Virus record (IMG/VR): IMGVR_UViG_3300001199_000005
Coordinates: 32,001-96,000 of that record
DNA length: 64,000 nt
Strand: one strand, 5' to 3'
Source of the DNA: a virus
Both the position numbers and the translations under genes were made by a program. A model generated the notes under the pieces. The model saw only the letters and a program-made list of their open reading frames with translations. It was not told the origin of the DNA and made no database searches. The number at the start of each line of letters is the position of its first letter. The stretch's first letter is position 1. This document shows, one piece after another, positions 1 to 10,699 of the stretch.

Positions 1-806
1 TCTAAGTTATTTATTCTCCTTGCACCAACAGCATATTTAATATTATGCGGACGAGTGTAAAGATAACAAACTGTTTTAGTTTTATTAATTTCTACAAAGT
101 TTTTGTAGTGGTCATCAATAAAAATATCTAAACCTAATTCTGTGCATAGTTCTGCTTTATCAACAACTAATGAGTAAACAGGTTTACATGGAAATTTGTT
201 TTTAAATAACCAAAGTTCGGTTAGATGTGCAGGAATAGGCCTCGCTGTTATATAACAATGAGGTTCAAACTTTAGATTTTTATTTAGCGGCTTAATCTTT
301 GCCCAGAATTCATCATCCTTAGCTAATTCTGTCAGCCTATCCATAACCTTATAATCAAAGTTCCAATGATAGAATTCTGGGTCTAAGTTATATCTTTCGC
401 AGTAAGCTTCGCCAAAGTCTGCAAGAACTTCATCAATATCTAATCCCACTTTTCGTTGAGTTTCCCAAGGTTTCTTTCTATTATCCAATTCAGGATGACT
501 ATGATAGAATTCACCAAGCATCATTAGATTCGCAGCAATATGATGTATGTGCATTAAACCTGATTCTTCATCATAATCTTCATAACTTTCAATTGCAGTT
601 AAATGCCTTTTAGCAGATGCCAACACATCTTTAAATGGTAGCCCTTTTCTCCAATTGTCAGCACCACTTATTTCTTTTCCATCAACTACAACGGTATACT
701 TATTAGCACCATAAGTCATTACTTTTCCTAGGCCTTCAATAAAACCAGGCTCGACTAGGTCAAGTCTGGTTTTACCTTGGTTATATCTTAAGCCTAATTC
801 GCTCAT
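1..806 (-). CDS. dATP/dGTP diphosphohydrolase (DUF5664-like) fused to a HAD-family 5'(3')-deoxyribonucleotidase; 3'-truncated by the window edge
   Basis: Manual translation from ATG 806: MSELGLRYNQGKTRLDLV...YGANKY...DNWRKG...RHL...DEESGLMHIHH, then HAD motif LDIDEVLADF; frame open to position 1. Confidence 0.75.
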   Translation of the reverse strand, partial: MSELGLRYNQGKTRLDLVEPGFIEGLGKVMTYGANKYTVVVDGKEISGADNWRKGLPFKDVLASAKRHLTAIESYEDYDEESGLMHIHHIAANLMMLGEFYHSHPELDNRKKPWETQRKVGLDIDEVLADFGEAYCERYNLDPEFYHWNFDYKVMDRLTELAKDDEFWAKIKPLNKNLKFEPHCYITARPIPAHLTELWLFKNKFPCKPVYSLVVDKAELCTELGLDIFIDDHYKNFVEINKTKTVCYLYTRPHNIKYAVGARRINNL

Positions 807-2071
807 AGTTTTTTAAACCTATCAGTAACTAATTGCAACTTATCTTCAAAAGACACAGTAGTGTCTTGTTCATTAGGCAAAGTAATATTAAGTTCATCAA
901 GAACTTGTTGATAGCGTTTTACACTATAATCTAAACCTTGCATAAACATATTGACATACTCAAATTCTTCTATATTTAAGCCTTGAGCTTGATTAAACAG
1001 TTTGTCTGTAAATGGTATAGTAAATACATCTACTTCATCATCATTAAATGCTTTAAGCATTTCCATATTTTTAAATTCAGTGAATGGATAAAACTGGGTA
1101 GTCCTAATTTTGTGATAACCATCAATAGGTACAGCACAAATATCTTTTGGGTCAACTAAGCAACCAAGCATTGTATTACCAAAGCCGCTAAATGCAAAGT
1201 CTTTGCTACCAAGGTGCAAGCCCTTTGAGCAGGTATTTGATTGAACTCTATCTACTACTAGACTGCTTTCTTGAGCTACTTTACCTATTTGATAAGTAAA
1301 TGTACCTGTATGAGCATCGGTATAGGTTCTTGCTGTTTCGTCATTAAGTGGTAAACTCACTATTTTGTAATAGTTTTCAAGCAGACCAACACCACCTTCT
1401 AGACCTTCAAATATTGAACCGTCTTCCATTACTCGTAAACCTTCTAAGTTAGCACCTTTTGATAGTTTATTGTTAAGAGCATACAAAGTTCTACGTAAGA
1501 AAGGAAAGCTTCCTTTCTTAGTTAAATTAGCTGCACGGTATGCAACTAAATAACCATCTGGAGTAATCTTAATACCATTATTCTTACACCATTTAAAAAT
1601 ATTTAATCTTACTGCTGGAGTAGGATTAAGAAGTAAATTAGCCCAGAAATTAGTATAAGCTGATACTTCTTCTTCTGTACCTTCTAATAATTGTTCAGTA
1701 AGGTCAGCAGGAACTGCTATCTTAATTCCTTTGTAAATCAAATTATCATTAAGAACTGAATAAACTGGATATTTAACACAGAAATCAGTCAAGACCTTAT
1801 TCCAATCTTTAATTTTTCTAGTAGCTTCATCAATTTCAAGCTTATGTGCAGTAAGCTCTTTTCCTTCTATTGTGTGTTCTTGGAAAAACTTTTTAAGTCT
1901 TGGCCCATTATCTTCATCAGCTGTTGGACTTGTTTTGTCTATATCCGCTAGACTTAATTGTAGTGTGACAAAATCGTCCAGACTGAATGTGCCTGTAAGA
2001 TACGTATCGGAAGACTGTAACCATACAGTCACTATATGGTTAGTTCCGTCACTGAATGCTGTTGTTGTCAT
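803..2071 (-). CDS. rIIB: T4 RIIB-like protein
   Basis: ITPDGYLVAYR and TCSKGLH motifs; directly follows an rIIA-like gene. Confidence 0.75.
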   Translation of the reverse strand: MTTTAFSDGTNHIVTVWLQSSDTYLTGTFSLDDFVTLQLSLADIDKTSPTADEDNGPRLKKFFQEHTIEGKELTAHKLEIDEATRKIKDWNKVLTDFCVKYPVYSVLNDNLIYKGIKIAVPADLTEQLLEGTEEEVSAYTNFWANLLLNPTPAVRLNIFKWCKNNGIKITPDGYLVAYRAANLTKKGSFPFLRRTLYALNNKLSKGANLEGLRVMEDGSIFEGLEGGVGLLENYYKIVSLPLNDETARTYTDAHTGTFTYQIGKVAQESSLVVDRVQSNTCSKGLHLGSKDFAFSGFGNTMLGCLVDPKDICAVPIDGYHKIRTTQFYPFTEFKNMEMLKAFNDDEVDVFTIPFTDKLFNQAQGLNIEEFEYVNMFMQGLDYSVKRYQQVLDELNITLPNEQDTTVSFEDKLQLVTDRFKKL

Positions 2072-4056
2072 TTTATTAATGTAGTAACTTCTTTTATCAT
2101 TGTACTTAAATTTAATTTATATTGTTCTAATAAGGCATCCTCCATGTCTTTCTTTTCTTTTAGTACTTCTGCATCATCCTGAAAACAGTTAGCGAACGGG
2201 CTAATGTACGATACTTTTGATATTGTTTCTGTAAGTGCGCAGAACTTTATCTTTTCTAGAATGTTTGAAGACATACCAACTTCAACAAACTTGCTAGGTC
2301 GGGGACTTACATAACTATATTCTGCCTTTGTAATACCTAATCGAGCACTCATTCTTTTGTAGAGCTCTGCAGCTGTCGGGTGAACAGAATCTTTCTTATT
2401 ATAACAATAGTGGTGCTCATTTAGTTCTTGTATCTTGGCCTTATTATTGCCGATAAAGTAATCTATATGCTGTAGAGTATTTCTTAGTTTTAGAGTTGTA
2501 GATGCATCAGCAAGAACTATTATTTCTATATTTAATTCTTTAGGAACTGGTGTATACAAATCTTTTTCTGCATGTTTACACCAAAATGGATTCCTCCCTA
2601 TAAGAACTGACTCTAATTCTTGTTTAAAAGAACCATTTCCAGGACTATAGGTAATCATAGGGTCAACAGTTTTAACTACTGGTTTAACATAACCAGGAGC
2701 TTTTGATATTTTAGGTCCTTTTAAAGTATCATACTCTTCTTTATTTAAAAAGAATAAATTTGCTACCTCTTCAACTACTTTTACTTCTTTATCACTATAA
2801 GACATATTTGTTACAATTTCCAGAATATACTTAGATTTCATCAATGCATCTTTAGCTTTATAAAATTTAGTTGTAGAAGATTTAACTGCTGCTTTATCTA
2901 AATCATCGTAGTTCAGAGCATCAATACGCTTCCACACTTTCTCTCTATTTCTATAATTCTTAAATTCTAAACTATAGAATCTAAATGTATTAATTATAAT
3001 TTTCTGAACATCTGCTAACCTCATATCAAACTTAAGACTAATAGTGTTAACAACACTATCCATTTTAACTTGAATAGGATAATTATAGTAATTAATAGCC
3101 TTATTAAATAGACACATGTATAGTGCTCTATTTTCATCAGTTTCTAATACTTTTGTTCCTTTTTGTGTTAGTTCGTTAATACACAGCTTAGCTTTATTCT
3201 CTAAAGCTTGTTCCAGTTTCTTATCAGAAATAAGTTCTTCTCTGTTTGGAGTTACAGCCAGTTCTCCTATATCAAATTTTAATACTATATCTTTAATATA
3301 ATTTTTAAGCTGGTTGTAGCTTTTTGGTATTACAGAAGGGTTTGGATATAAAACAGGGCCAAGAGCTATTCCATAACTAGAATCTACTATATAAAAATTG
3401 TCAAACTCAATTACTTTTGGTAGTACTACTTTGAAGTTATTAAGTATCACTCCTTTAAACAAAGGTACTATACTGACAACAGTATCTTCTATATTTTGAA
3501 AGTGTTCTGGTTTAATAGGGATACTAACTTTAGTTCCATTACGCTTATCAGTAGGTATTGCACCTAATGGTAAAATTTCAGGAACTGTATTATTTACTAG
3601 TTGGTATCTATATTCAACACCATCATAAACAGATACAATGTCCATAAAGTTATTATAAGCTAGGGCAGAAAATCTACCAATACCGAAACCACCAACAGTA
3701 CTATTACTTCCTCTTTTACTGGAAGCCCCTAGACTTTTATAAAGAGTCTCTATTCTTTCAGGAGATAGACCTAAACCAAAGTCTTCTATGTCTATGTACC
3801 CTGCTGCTTTTATTCCTCTTTTTGTAACTACTACAGGGCTTTTTTCTAATATGCCGTCTAATGATTCGCCTAAGTGTTGTGCTTTCTCTATTACTGCATC
3901 CTGTGCATTACATATTAGTTCTCTCAAACATGATTGTAATGGCGAAGCATAAGTATTAATAAGGAGATTGAAGGCATGCGCTACATTAGCTGGGTCAATA
4001 GTGCATAATATTGAACTCTGTGCTTGAATTTCATTTACTTTATAATCAACTTTCAT
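2068..4056 (-). CDS. rIIA: T4 RIIA-like protein (N-terminal GHKL/HSP90-like ATPase)
   Basis: LRELICNAQDA, IEDFGLGLS, SSKR, GGFGIG, NGT and TPNRE motifs. Confidence 0.8.
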   Translation of the reverse strand: MKVDYKVNEIQAQSSILCTIDPANVAHAFNLLINTYASPLQSCLRELICNAQDAVIEKAQHLGESLDGILEKSPVVVTKRGIKAAGYIDIEDFGLGLSPERIETLYKSLGASSKRGSNSTVGGFGIGRFSALAYNNFMDIVSVYDGVEYRYQLVNNTVPEILPLGAIPTDKRNGTKVSIPIKPEHFQNIEDTVVSIVPLFKGVILNNFKVVLPKVIEFDNFYIVDSSYGIALGPVLYPNPSVIPKSYNQLKNYIKDIVLKFDIGELAVTPNREELISDKKLEQALENKAKLCINELTQKGTKVLETDENRALYMCLFNKAINYYNYPIQVKMDSVVNTISLKFDMRLADVQKIIINTFRFYSLEFKNYRNREKVWKRIDALNYDDLDKAAVKSSTTKFYKAKDALMKSKYILEIVTNMSYSDKEVKVVEEVANLFFLNKEEYDTLKGPKISKAPGYVKPVVKTVDPMITYSPGNGSFKQELESVLIGRNPFWCKHAEKDLYTPVPKELNIEIIVLADASTTLKLRNTLQHIDYFIGNNKAKIQELNEHHYCYNKKDSVHPTAAELYKRMSARLGITKAEYSYVSPRPSKFVEVGMSSNILEKIKFCALTETISKVSYISPFANCFQDDAEVLKEKKDMEDALLEQYKLNLSTMIKEVTTLIK

Positions 4057-4759
4057 TCCAAATTATTGGTCTTAGTTCCTTAGAAATAAGAAACTTATTT
4101 ATAGTACTAAAACATTTATTACCATTCCACTCTCTATTATTCCTTATTGCAAAAGCAGGATGTTCATTGAGAATCTTTAAATGTTTATTGGTGATTAACG
4201 ATTCTAAAGTTTGAGCTTCTGAACCTATCAATAACCAGGCTAAATGTTCTTTTTTGTTAAGTACTTCAATTGTATTCTTAATAAATATTTCCCAACCTAA
4301 ATCTTTGTGAGATAAAGGTCTATTCTCTTCAACTGTTAGTGAAGAATTCAGAAGTAGTACACCCTGTCTTGCCCAGCAAGATAAATCTGTATACTCTGAA
4401 GGTGGAAATAATCTTAAATCAAAATCTATATGTTCTAGTATCTTTGCTAAAGATGGAACAGTTCTTAAAATTTCTCTGTATTCATCACATTTTTTTCTAG
4501 TAGAAAATGCTAGTCCATCAGCAACTCCTGGTGATGAGTACGGGTCTTGTCCTATAATAACTACTTTAACTGATACTTCTGGGCATTCTTTGAAAGCTCT
4601 AAACATGTCAGGACCGCCTGGATATACATTTATTTGACTACGTCGACTCTTTATAAAAGATAGTAGTTTCTTCATGTACTCTTTATTGAATTCAGGTACA
4701 AGAGATTCCCAAACTCCTAACGACCTTGCTAGAGAACTATATAATTCTTCATCTGTCAT
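4046..4759 (-). CDS. ung: Uracil-DNA glycosylase, family 1
   Basis: GQDPY, ADGLAFS, WARQGVLLLN and HP motifs. Confidence 0.92.
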   Translation of the reverse strand: MTDEELYSSLARSLGVWESLVPEFNKEYMKKLLSFIKSRRSQINVYPGGPDMFRAFKECPEVSVKVVIIGQDPYSSPGVADGLAFSTRKKCDEYREILRTVPSLAKILEHIDFDLRLFPPSEYTDLSCWARQGVLLLNSSLTVEENRPLSHKDLGWEIFIKNTIEVLNKKEHLAWLLIGSEAQTLESLITNKHLKILNEHPAFAIRNNREWNGNKCFSTINKFLISKELRPIIWNES

Positions 4760-5769
4760 AGTATATACTTTTCAGGGCTGGTATAGCCATATACTTCACA
4801 AAAGGCGATACCTTTTAGTAGCCTTTGATATTCTGCATTACCGTATTCAATATATTTCTGAGGTATTTCAAAAAGTGCTGACCTATAAGGTTTTCTAGTT
4901 TCAACAACTATCATATTTAGTGTTAAACTATAATCATTGATATTTCTAAATTCTTTTCTAAGATACTCTACTAAATGAAAAGCGTAGAATGCCATCTGTC
5001 TGTAATGTTTTCTTGTAACAAACATTCCTGGATTTATTCTTGTTTCTCCACCAGGAATAGTAACTATCTTATTACCATAAGTTTCAAGAGGATAGCCTAA
5101 TGTTTTAAAATCATTTATTATAACCCTTTTGTATCTATGGTCAATGGACCAGTTATCTAACTTAGCTTTAGTTTTTAATTCTACTAATTTAGTCTTACCA
5201 CTATCGCCATTAATAGGTATTTCAAAAGTGTGGAAGTAAGCATCTTCTTTAAAAATGTCTACTGCTATTCCAGGATTCATAGCTTGAATACAGGTCCTAT
5301 TATTAAGTACTGATTCATAGCAACCTTTTATTTGTTCATATATATCTGGAGAAACTATAATAGCATCTTCTACAATTGGTGTATTAATATATGTCCATGC
5401 AGTTGCATTATCTTTAATCTTTTTTAACAAATCTTCATCAGCCATTTTAGCATAGTAATCAACTATTTTACAAGCACTTAATATCTTTGCATCAAGTTCT
5501 CTTTCCGAATTATCTAGCCTTACTTTGTCACAAACTTCTCCTAATTTTGCACTAGGTCTTGTAGCCTGTATAGTTGCAAACCTATTAAATTCTTCAAGCA
5601 CTGCATGCAATGCTGAACCTGTAACTAGTGCTTTACAGTACCCCGCGTACTCATCATATCCTTGTGCATATCTTTCTGGAGAACCATCTTCTTCTGGATT
5701 GAATAGCTTTAGTTTACTATTGCTAATAGCATCAATTGAGAAGTACTCTTTATCTTTTATTTTCATCAA
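4756..5769 (-). CDS. PD-(D/E)XK exonuclease (ExoVIII/DUF3799-like)
   Basis: YFSIDAISNS, GSALH, KAKLD...DFKT, QMAFY. Confidence 0.7.
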   Translation of the reverse strand: MMKIKDKEYFSIDAISNSKLKLFNPEEDGSPERYAQGYDEYAGYCKALVTGSALHAVLEEFNRFATIQATRPSAKLGEVCDKVRLDNSERELDAKILSACKIVDYYAKMADEDLLKKIKDNATAWTYINTPIVEDAIIVSPDIYEQIKGCYESVLNNRTCIQAMNPGIAVDIFKEDAYFHTFEIPINGDSGKTKLVELKTKAKLDNWSIDHRYKRVIINDFKTLGYPLETYGNKIVTIPGGETRINPGMFVTRKHYRQMAFYAFHLVEYLRKEFRNINDYSLTLNMIVVETRKPYRSALFEIPQKYIEYGNAEYQRLLKGIAFCEVYGYTSPEKYIL

Positions 5770-6214
5770 CTAACTTTTGAAAGTCCTGTTTAACAGCTAC
5801 TTGCTTACAGTAACTCTGAAATTTAGCATCAGAATATACGTGTTTCATCATGTTGACAGGCTTAGCCACTAAAGCAACATTTCCCTGTATATAACCTATT
5901 GAACTATCTATTCTGTCTAATGACATGTCATCATAATCTAATATTTGTTCTGTGTATTTACACCTCCTCCCACATCCATCGAGTAAACCTTGTAGGTATT
6001 CAATAGGTATAGTAAATTCTTTATCTCTATCTTCTGCAGATTTCTTAAACCTATTCCATAACTTAATATAATCAGGTTTAGAATGAGTGCATTTTTTGCA
6101 CTTAGTACCAGCATCATTAGCTTTCTTCCAAGATGCTTTACAACTATAATTTATTATATTGCCACAACCACATTGTCTATCATAAATTAATTTGACTTCT
6201 GGATTCTCGTTCAT
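5750..6214 (-). CDS. Free-standing HNH-like endonuclease
   Basis: CKYT...SLDRIDSSIGYIQGNV...VNMMK; N-terminal Cys clusters. Confidence 0.65.
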   Translation of the reverse strand: MNENPEVKLIYDRQCGCGNIINYSCKASWKKANDAGTKCKKCTHSKPDYIKLWNRFKKSAEDRDKEFTIPIEYLQGLLDGCGRRCKYTEQILDYDDMSLDRIDSSIGYIQGNVALVAKPVNMMKHVYSDAKFQSYCKQVAVKQDFQKLVDENKR

Positions 6215-7226
6215 ATCTAATAGCTTTACAGGATTTAGTCCTCAACTTGTTATCCTTTAAAAGTTGCAAGACTTTGTTTACTTCCTTCTTAGCGTCTTCA
6301 AATCCAAGCCCTTTGATTAAATCACTGATGTCTTTATATCCTTGATTCTTTCGGTAACTTGATATTGCAACACAAGCAAGTTGATATTCATTTCTTACCT
6401 TAATCATACTTAGTTTACCAGCAGTATCCCAATCATAATTGATAATAACATTAGTAAACCTAGATTTTAGGTTATGGACTAACTCAGCAGATAATCTATT
6501 AGACTCTCCTTGAGGGGCTATAGCCCATAAACCTAAAGCACGAAATGACATAACATCCTTCATAGACTTAGTAACTATAACTAAATCTCCTGTGTCAGGT
6601 AATTGCTTTAAGCCTTGAATTGTATCTGTATTGCATAAAAATCTAAGAGATTGTTTAGTTGGAAAGTAAATCTTCCATCTATTTGTTCCAAAATAATAAC
6701 CATAGATAGGCATTCTTGGACTAGTTGAATAATGTGGGTACATATCTTCTTGGTAATTAATCCAGACATGTTCGCATTTAAACACTTTATATAGTTCCAA
6801 AATATCTGGAGTAATTCCAAATTGCTTCCAGTAATTAAGGTCTTTAGTTTCCATAGTACCTAATGTTACCGAAATTTGTTTGTATTCTTTTTCAGTTGGT
6901 AGTGTAGGAATACTAGAAACTTCTGGAATCTTACCACCCTTCATATCTTGATAAATCTTCTTTAAAGCTTGACTATATGTAATACCAAACTTTTCCATTA
7001 CAATAGAGATGAAATTACCATTAAATCCATTTCCGAAATCTTTCATTCGAATCTCACCAGCAGTATTTAAATAAAGACTGCAAGTTGGATTATTATCAGT
7101 TCTCAATGGCGATTTAAATAAGCCTGACTGAATCGGCACTCTAAGATAATATTCTATAATAGCAGCTTCTCCAATCGAATCTTTTAAATACTGCTTTGTA
7201 ACTATTGGTGTACTTTCTATTTTCAT
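6180..7226 (-). CDS. DNA primase (crAss-like, TOPRIM)
   Basis: SPLRTDNNPTC...KDFG N-terminal domain; TKSMKDV, YDWD, KDISD. Confidence 0.8.
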   Translation of the reverse strand: MKIESTPIVTKQYLKDSIGEAAIIEYYLRVPIQSGLFKSPLRTDNNPTCSLYLNTAGEIRMKDFGNGFNGNFISIVMEKFGITYSQALKKIYQDMKGGKIPEVSSIPTLPTEKEYKQISVTLGTMETKDLNYWKQFGITPDILELYKVFKCEHVWINYQEDMYPHYSTSPRMPIYGYYFGTNRWKIYFPTKQSLRFLCNTDTIQGLKQLPDTGDLVIVTKSMKDVMSFRALGLWAIAPQGESNRLSAELVHNLKSRFTNVIINYDWDTAGKLSMIKVRNEYQLACVAISSYRKNQGYKDISDLIKGLGFEDAKKEVNKVLQLLKDNKLRTKSCKAIRYERESRSQINL

Positions 7227-7228
7227 AA

Positions 7229-7267
7229 TAAAAAAAAATAAGGGGAGAAGACTTAACCTCTCCCCTA
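7229..7267 (-). terminator. Intrinsic terminator
   Basis: AGGGGAGAGG/CTTCTCCCCT stem followed by a long T run on the - strand. Confidence 0.75.
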
Positions 7268-7279
7268 CTTTATGTTTTC

Positions 7280-7885
7280 TTATACTAAGTTTGCAATGTC
7301 AACTCCTGCGGCTACAGTAGCTTTTTCAATATCTGATGGTTTAGCTTTGGAAGCTTCTAGCACTTCAATACTCTTAGCTTCGTCGGCTGTAAGAATTAAG
7401 TTTTGCCCGAAGAACTTACCATCCTTTTTTAAATATAGTAGTCCGTTGTCACCAACGCCACTAACATATTTATTAATATCTACATATCCTGAACGAAGTT
7501 TAGTAATCTTCAAATCACCTGTTTTACCTTCAGCTGTTTTTAAGTAATTAAACATATCATCAAAAGATGAGAATTCATATTTGTTAGGTAAACCAACTCC
7601 TGATGTAATAACATTAATTCTTTGAATCAGTTGTTCAACAGCTGATGGTTTTTGCCCACCAGTTTCAAAAGCACCTCTTATTGTGTCTTTATCAGTTGGT
7701 TCCCATTCTGTAAGTTTGAATGAGCCGTTGGCATTTGTGAATATAATATTTACTATATTCTTTACTTCACCAGTATCTTTTATAGTTTTTTCTTCTTTGT
7801 TGACACTGATAACGACATTTTTGTGTAGACCTAAACCTAAATATGTTGATTTAGAGATGGTTGCTGGGTCGATTCCGAATTTCAT
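7280..7885 (-). CDS. Hypothetical protein, possibly ssDNA-binding
   Basis: 201-aa ORF between the AAA ATPase and primase genes; function inferred from position only. Confidence 0.5.
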   Translation of the reverse strand: MKFGIDPATISKSTYLGLGLHKNVVISVNKEEKTIKDTGEVKNIVNIIFTNANGSFKLTEWEPTDKDTIRGAFETGGQKPSAVEQLIQRINVITSGVGLPNKYEFSSFDDMFNYLKTAEGKTGDLKITKLRSGYVDINKYVSGVGDNGLLYLKKDGKFFGQNLILTADEAKSIEVLEASKAKPSDIEKATVAAGVDIANLV

Positions 7886-7947
7886 AGTTTTTTTCTTATT
7901 AAGAATTTAATTTATACTTAGTATGTTTTACTCTTAATAAAAATAAA

Positions 7948-8367
7948 CTAAGCTTGTATTTCGTCAACTACCTGAGTTAATTCAGTTTCTTTAACTGAAG
8001 CTTCCAAAGGTTTTGCAACGAATTTGTAAACAGGATTTTCTGAGTTTTCTACTAATTCAAGAGTGAATACAGTTCCTAAGTTGGTTACAATACTACGCTT
8101 TTCTCCTGAATATTGGAATGAATTAGATTTATTTATCTTAGCACCTAAAGTACCTTTTTCACCTAAAGTTCCCCTATTCACAACGAGAACTACATCATTG
8201 TTTTCTCTTACACCTACGAAGAATCTATTAGTTTCTTCGATTTTTGCACTATTCACAAATGATTGTGATAACTTGATACTGTTTTTATACACTTTTGCAT
8301 CAAAAGATTCTTCTGCAAGTTTTTGAGCTTTTTTAGTATTAGCTAGGATTTCATTAATAAGATTCAT
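7948..8367 (-). CDS. Hypothetical protein
   Basis: 139-aa ORF, operon-consistent. Confidence 0.6.
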   Translation of the reverse strand: MNLINEILANTKKAQKLAEESFDAKVYKNSIKLSQSFVNSAKIEETNRFFVGVRENNDVVLVVNRGTLGEKGTLGAKINKSNSFQYSGEKRSIVTNLGTVFTLELVENSENPVYKFVAKPLEASVKETELTQVVDEIQA

Positions 8368-8423
8368 AAGAATTTGATATATAAGTAAGAGTTTCTACAT
8401 GTGTTATACTTTATTTTTTTAAT

Positions 8424-9107
8424 TTAATTATCATATGCTTGGACGCATTCTAAAACATATCCTAAATCGTTAGGTATTTTTATATCTGGGAACATATCAG
8501 CAGGAGACTTACATGTGTCTGTACCTGATGATTGAGTTCTAAACCATTTCTTAACTACATTGCCTTCGATGGCGCCTTCGCCATAAAGAACAGTAGTGAA
8601 TAGTCCTTCAAGTACTACCTTTTCGTCAAGTAGTTTACCAATAGTCTTGAATTTCATACACATTTGACCACCATCAGCATACTCTTCTGCGTGACTTAGA
8701 ATAAATATAGTCAAATCAGGTCTTAGACTTCTAGCTGTTTCAAGTAAATCCCAAATCTGTTTAGCTAAATCTGTAAATTTATCGTAACCTTTAACTTTAG
8801 CATCATCCATAAATTTACCAGACATGATGTATTGAAAGTCATCAATAACAACAGCCTTAATACTTGGTTTGCCATCAATAGCAACAAGTAATTTAGCTAT
8901 TACTGCTGGGTCCCTAGTTGTAACATAGTTTTTTGACTCTGCATTATACAATTTTCTCCAACCTTTAAATGGTAAAGGTTTATCTATAGTATTAATTAAA
9001 TACGTTGTGGAAGGGTCTAAGCCTTTTATTCCTAATTTTTCGGATTTACCGATTGAGGAAGATTTACCCTGACCTGAAAGAGCAAGAACAGCAACGAGAT
9101 TAGCCAT
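8424..9107 (-). CDS. P-loop AAA ATPase (AAA_24/Sak4-like)
   Basis: Walker A SGQGKSSS, Walker B VVIDDFQY, IFILSH, KTIGKLLD. Confidence 0.8.
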   Translation of the reverse strand: MANLVAVLALSGQGKSSSIGKSEKLGIKGLDPSTTYLINTIDKPLPFKGWRKLYNAESKNYVTTRDPAVIAKLLVAIDGKPSIKAVVIDDFQYIMSGKFMDDAKVKGYDKFTDLAKQIWDLLETARSLRPDLTIFILSHAEEYADGGQMCMKFKTIGKLLDEKVVLEGLFTTVLYGEGAIEGNVVKKWFRTQSSGTDTCKSPADMFPDIKIPNDLGYVLECVQAYDN

Positions 9108-9139
9108 GTTTTCATATTGAAAAAACGTTAAGCTACTTA

Positions 9140-10120
9140 TTACCTAGAAGGTAATTCTGTTGTTGGATAATCCCAAATACGATTGTATTTGAGTTCATGT
9201 TTCTGTACTATAGTCCCAGTCCACCCATCCCTCTGTTTAAGCACTGAAAGTAGCATTAAATCATCTTCTTTTGTTGGGTCTAGCTTGGACTTACCTGTTG
9301 GTATCTTCTCAAAAAACTCTAAGCCATAGTAGCCAGGTCTGTGCATAGTAAGCACAATATCAGCACATTGCATAACAGAGTCAGCACCAAATATATCTGA
9401 AGCTACTACAAGACTTTTACCAATGTCTTCTCTACTTTTAGCAGCAGTTTCAATATTTCTATTTAACTGTGATAGAAATATAGTAATTGCACCAGTAGAG
9501 TTCTTCAACTCCATACCAGCCTTCATAAAACTAGTTATAAGTTCTTCTTCAGTTCTTTCTTTCGATTTACTAACTAACCTAGTATGGTCTACAACTACTA
9601 CAAATTGATAATCAGGATTATCCTTAATTATCTTATGTTTTCTAGCTGACCAAACATTAACGTTTTCAGTTATTTGGTTGAAATAAATTGGGTAATGGTC
9701 TAGTTCCTTAGATAAACTTAATAATCTTTCATAATACTCTTCTTCTAACGGAGTTTTGAAGTTAAGAATACTATTTACAGTCTTTTCTAATCCACTAGAA
9801 TACATTCTAAGAACATTTCTCCAACCAGGCATTTCCCAAGTATCAAACAGAACAATGACTTTATCTTTGTAGTAAGGATTAAGTATTGGGTCACAAAAAT
9901 CCTTAATATCTTGGATTATTCGTGCTGTCTTACCCTGACCTGACCTTGCTGCAATCACAACCTGCATTGACGGGTAGTACCCGCCTATGTTATCCTGTTC
10001 TTTTGGGGAAGATGTTAATAGAGGTTTTAAGTTACCAGCTCTTATTTGCTCAATGTACTTGTTGGTTTCTTTCGTTACCTCTGATATATGTCTGTAGCCT
10101 TCATATAAATTTGACAGCAT
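9140..10120 (-). CDS. DnaB-like replicative helicase
   Basis: AARSGQGKT, VVDH, LSQLNR, HRP, KQRDG. Confidence 0.85.
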   Translation of the reverse strand: MLSNLYEGYRHISEVTKETNKYIEQIRAGNLKPLLTSSPKEQDNIGGYYPSMQVVIAARSGQGKTARIIQDIKDFCDPILNPYYKDKVIVLFDTWEMPGWRNVLRMYSSGLEKTVNSILNFKTPLEEEYYERLLSLSKELDHYPIYFNQITENVNVWSARKHKIIKDNPDYQFVVVVDHTRLVSKSKERTEEELITSFMKAGMELKNSTGAITIFLSQLNRNIETAAKSREDIGKSLVVASDIFGADSVMQCADIVLTMHRPGYYGLEFFEKIPTGKSKLDPTKEDDLMLLSVLKQRDGWTGTIVQKHELKYNRIWDYPTTELPSR

Positions 10121-10670
10121 TTTGTTCCTCTTTGAAATTCTCCCACATCTTGTTCTTAATAAAATCTTCTATTGTGAAGTCGATTTGCTTTTGCTGTTTT
10201 GCTATTTCTAATCCTGCCATGACTTCTCTGTGTATTGGTAGTGAAAATCTAATTTGTTTCCCGTACCACAAAAAGAAATCTTCAAGGGAAGCGAATTCTT
10301 TACCTATTTTTCTGGTAAGCAATGCTCTACCATCTATTCTATAAGACCTTTCGATTGGGAAAGCATCCCATAATTCTTGACCATGAATCAAAGCTTCAAT
10401 AAAGAATTTTGATTTAAACTTCTTTGTTAGTTGTAGACTTTCGTAGAAGAAAGGTCCAGAGCTGTCAAATGGTTCTAGAATACCTAGTTCTGTGAGTTTA
10501 TTTAACCTTCCATAATTAATATGAATTTTACCATCACTAAACTCAAAGTATTTGTAGGCCAGTGCCATTTGGTTATATTCGTGTGAAATGTGCAATATTT
10601 CAATAAGGAAATAATCCTCAGCTTGTATGCCGAGTTTGCACATTATATCTAATTGTTTTTCGATAGTCAT
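10101..10670 (-). CDS. Hypothetical protein (replication module)
   Basis: 189-aa ORF overlapping the DnaB start. Confidence 0.6.
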   Translation of the reverse strand: MTIEKQLDIMCKLGIQAEDYFLIEILHISHEYNQMALAYKYFEFSDGKIHINYGRLNKLTELGILEPFDSSGPFFYESLQLTKKFKSKFFIEALIHGQELWDAFPIERSYRIDGRALLTRKIGKEFASLEDFFLWYGKQIRFSLPIHREVMAGLEIAKQQKQIDFTIEDFIKNKMWENFKEEQNAVKFI

Positions 10671-10699
10671 AAGTTCTAAGCTTTAAGAAAACAGAATAC

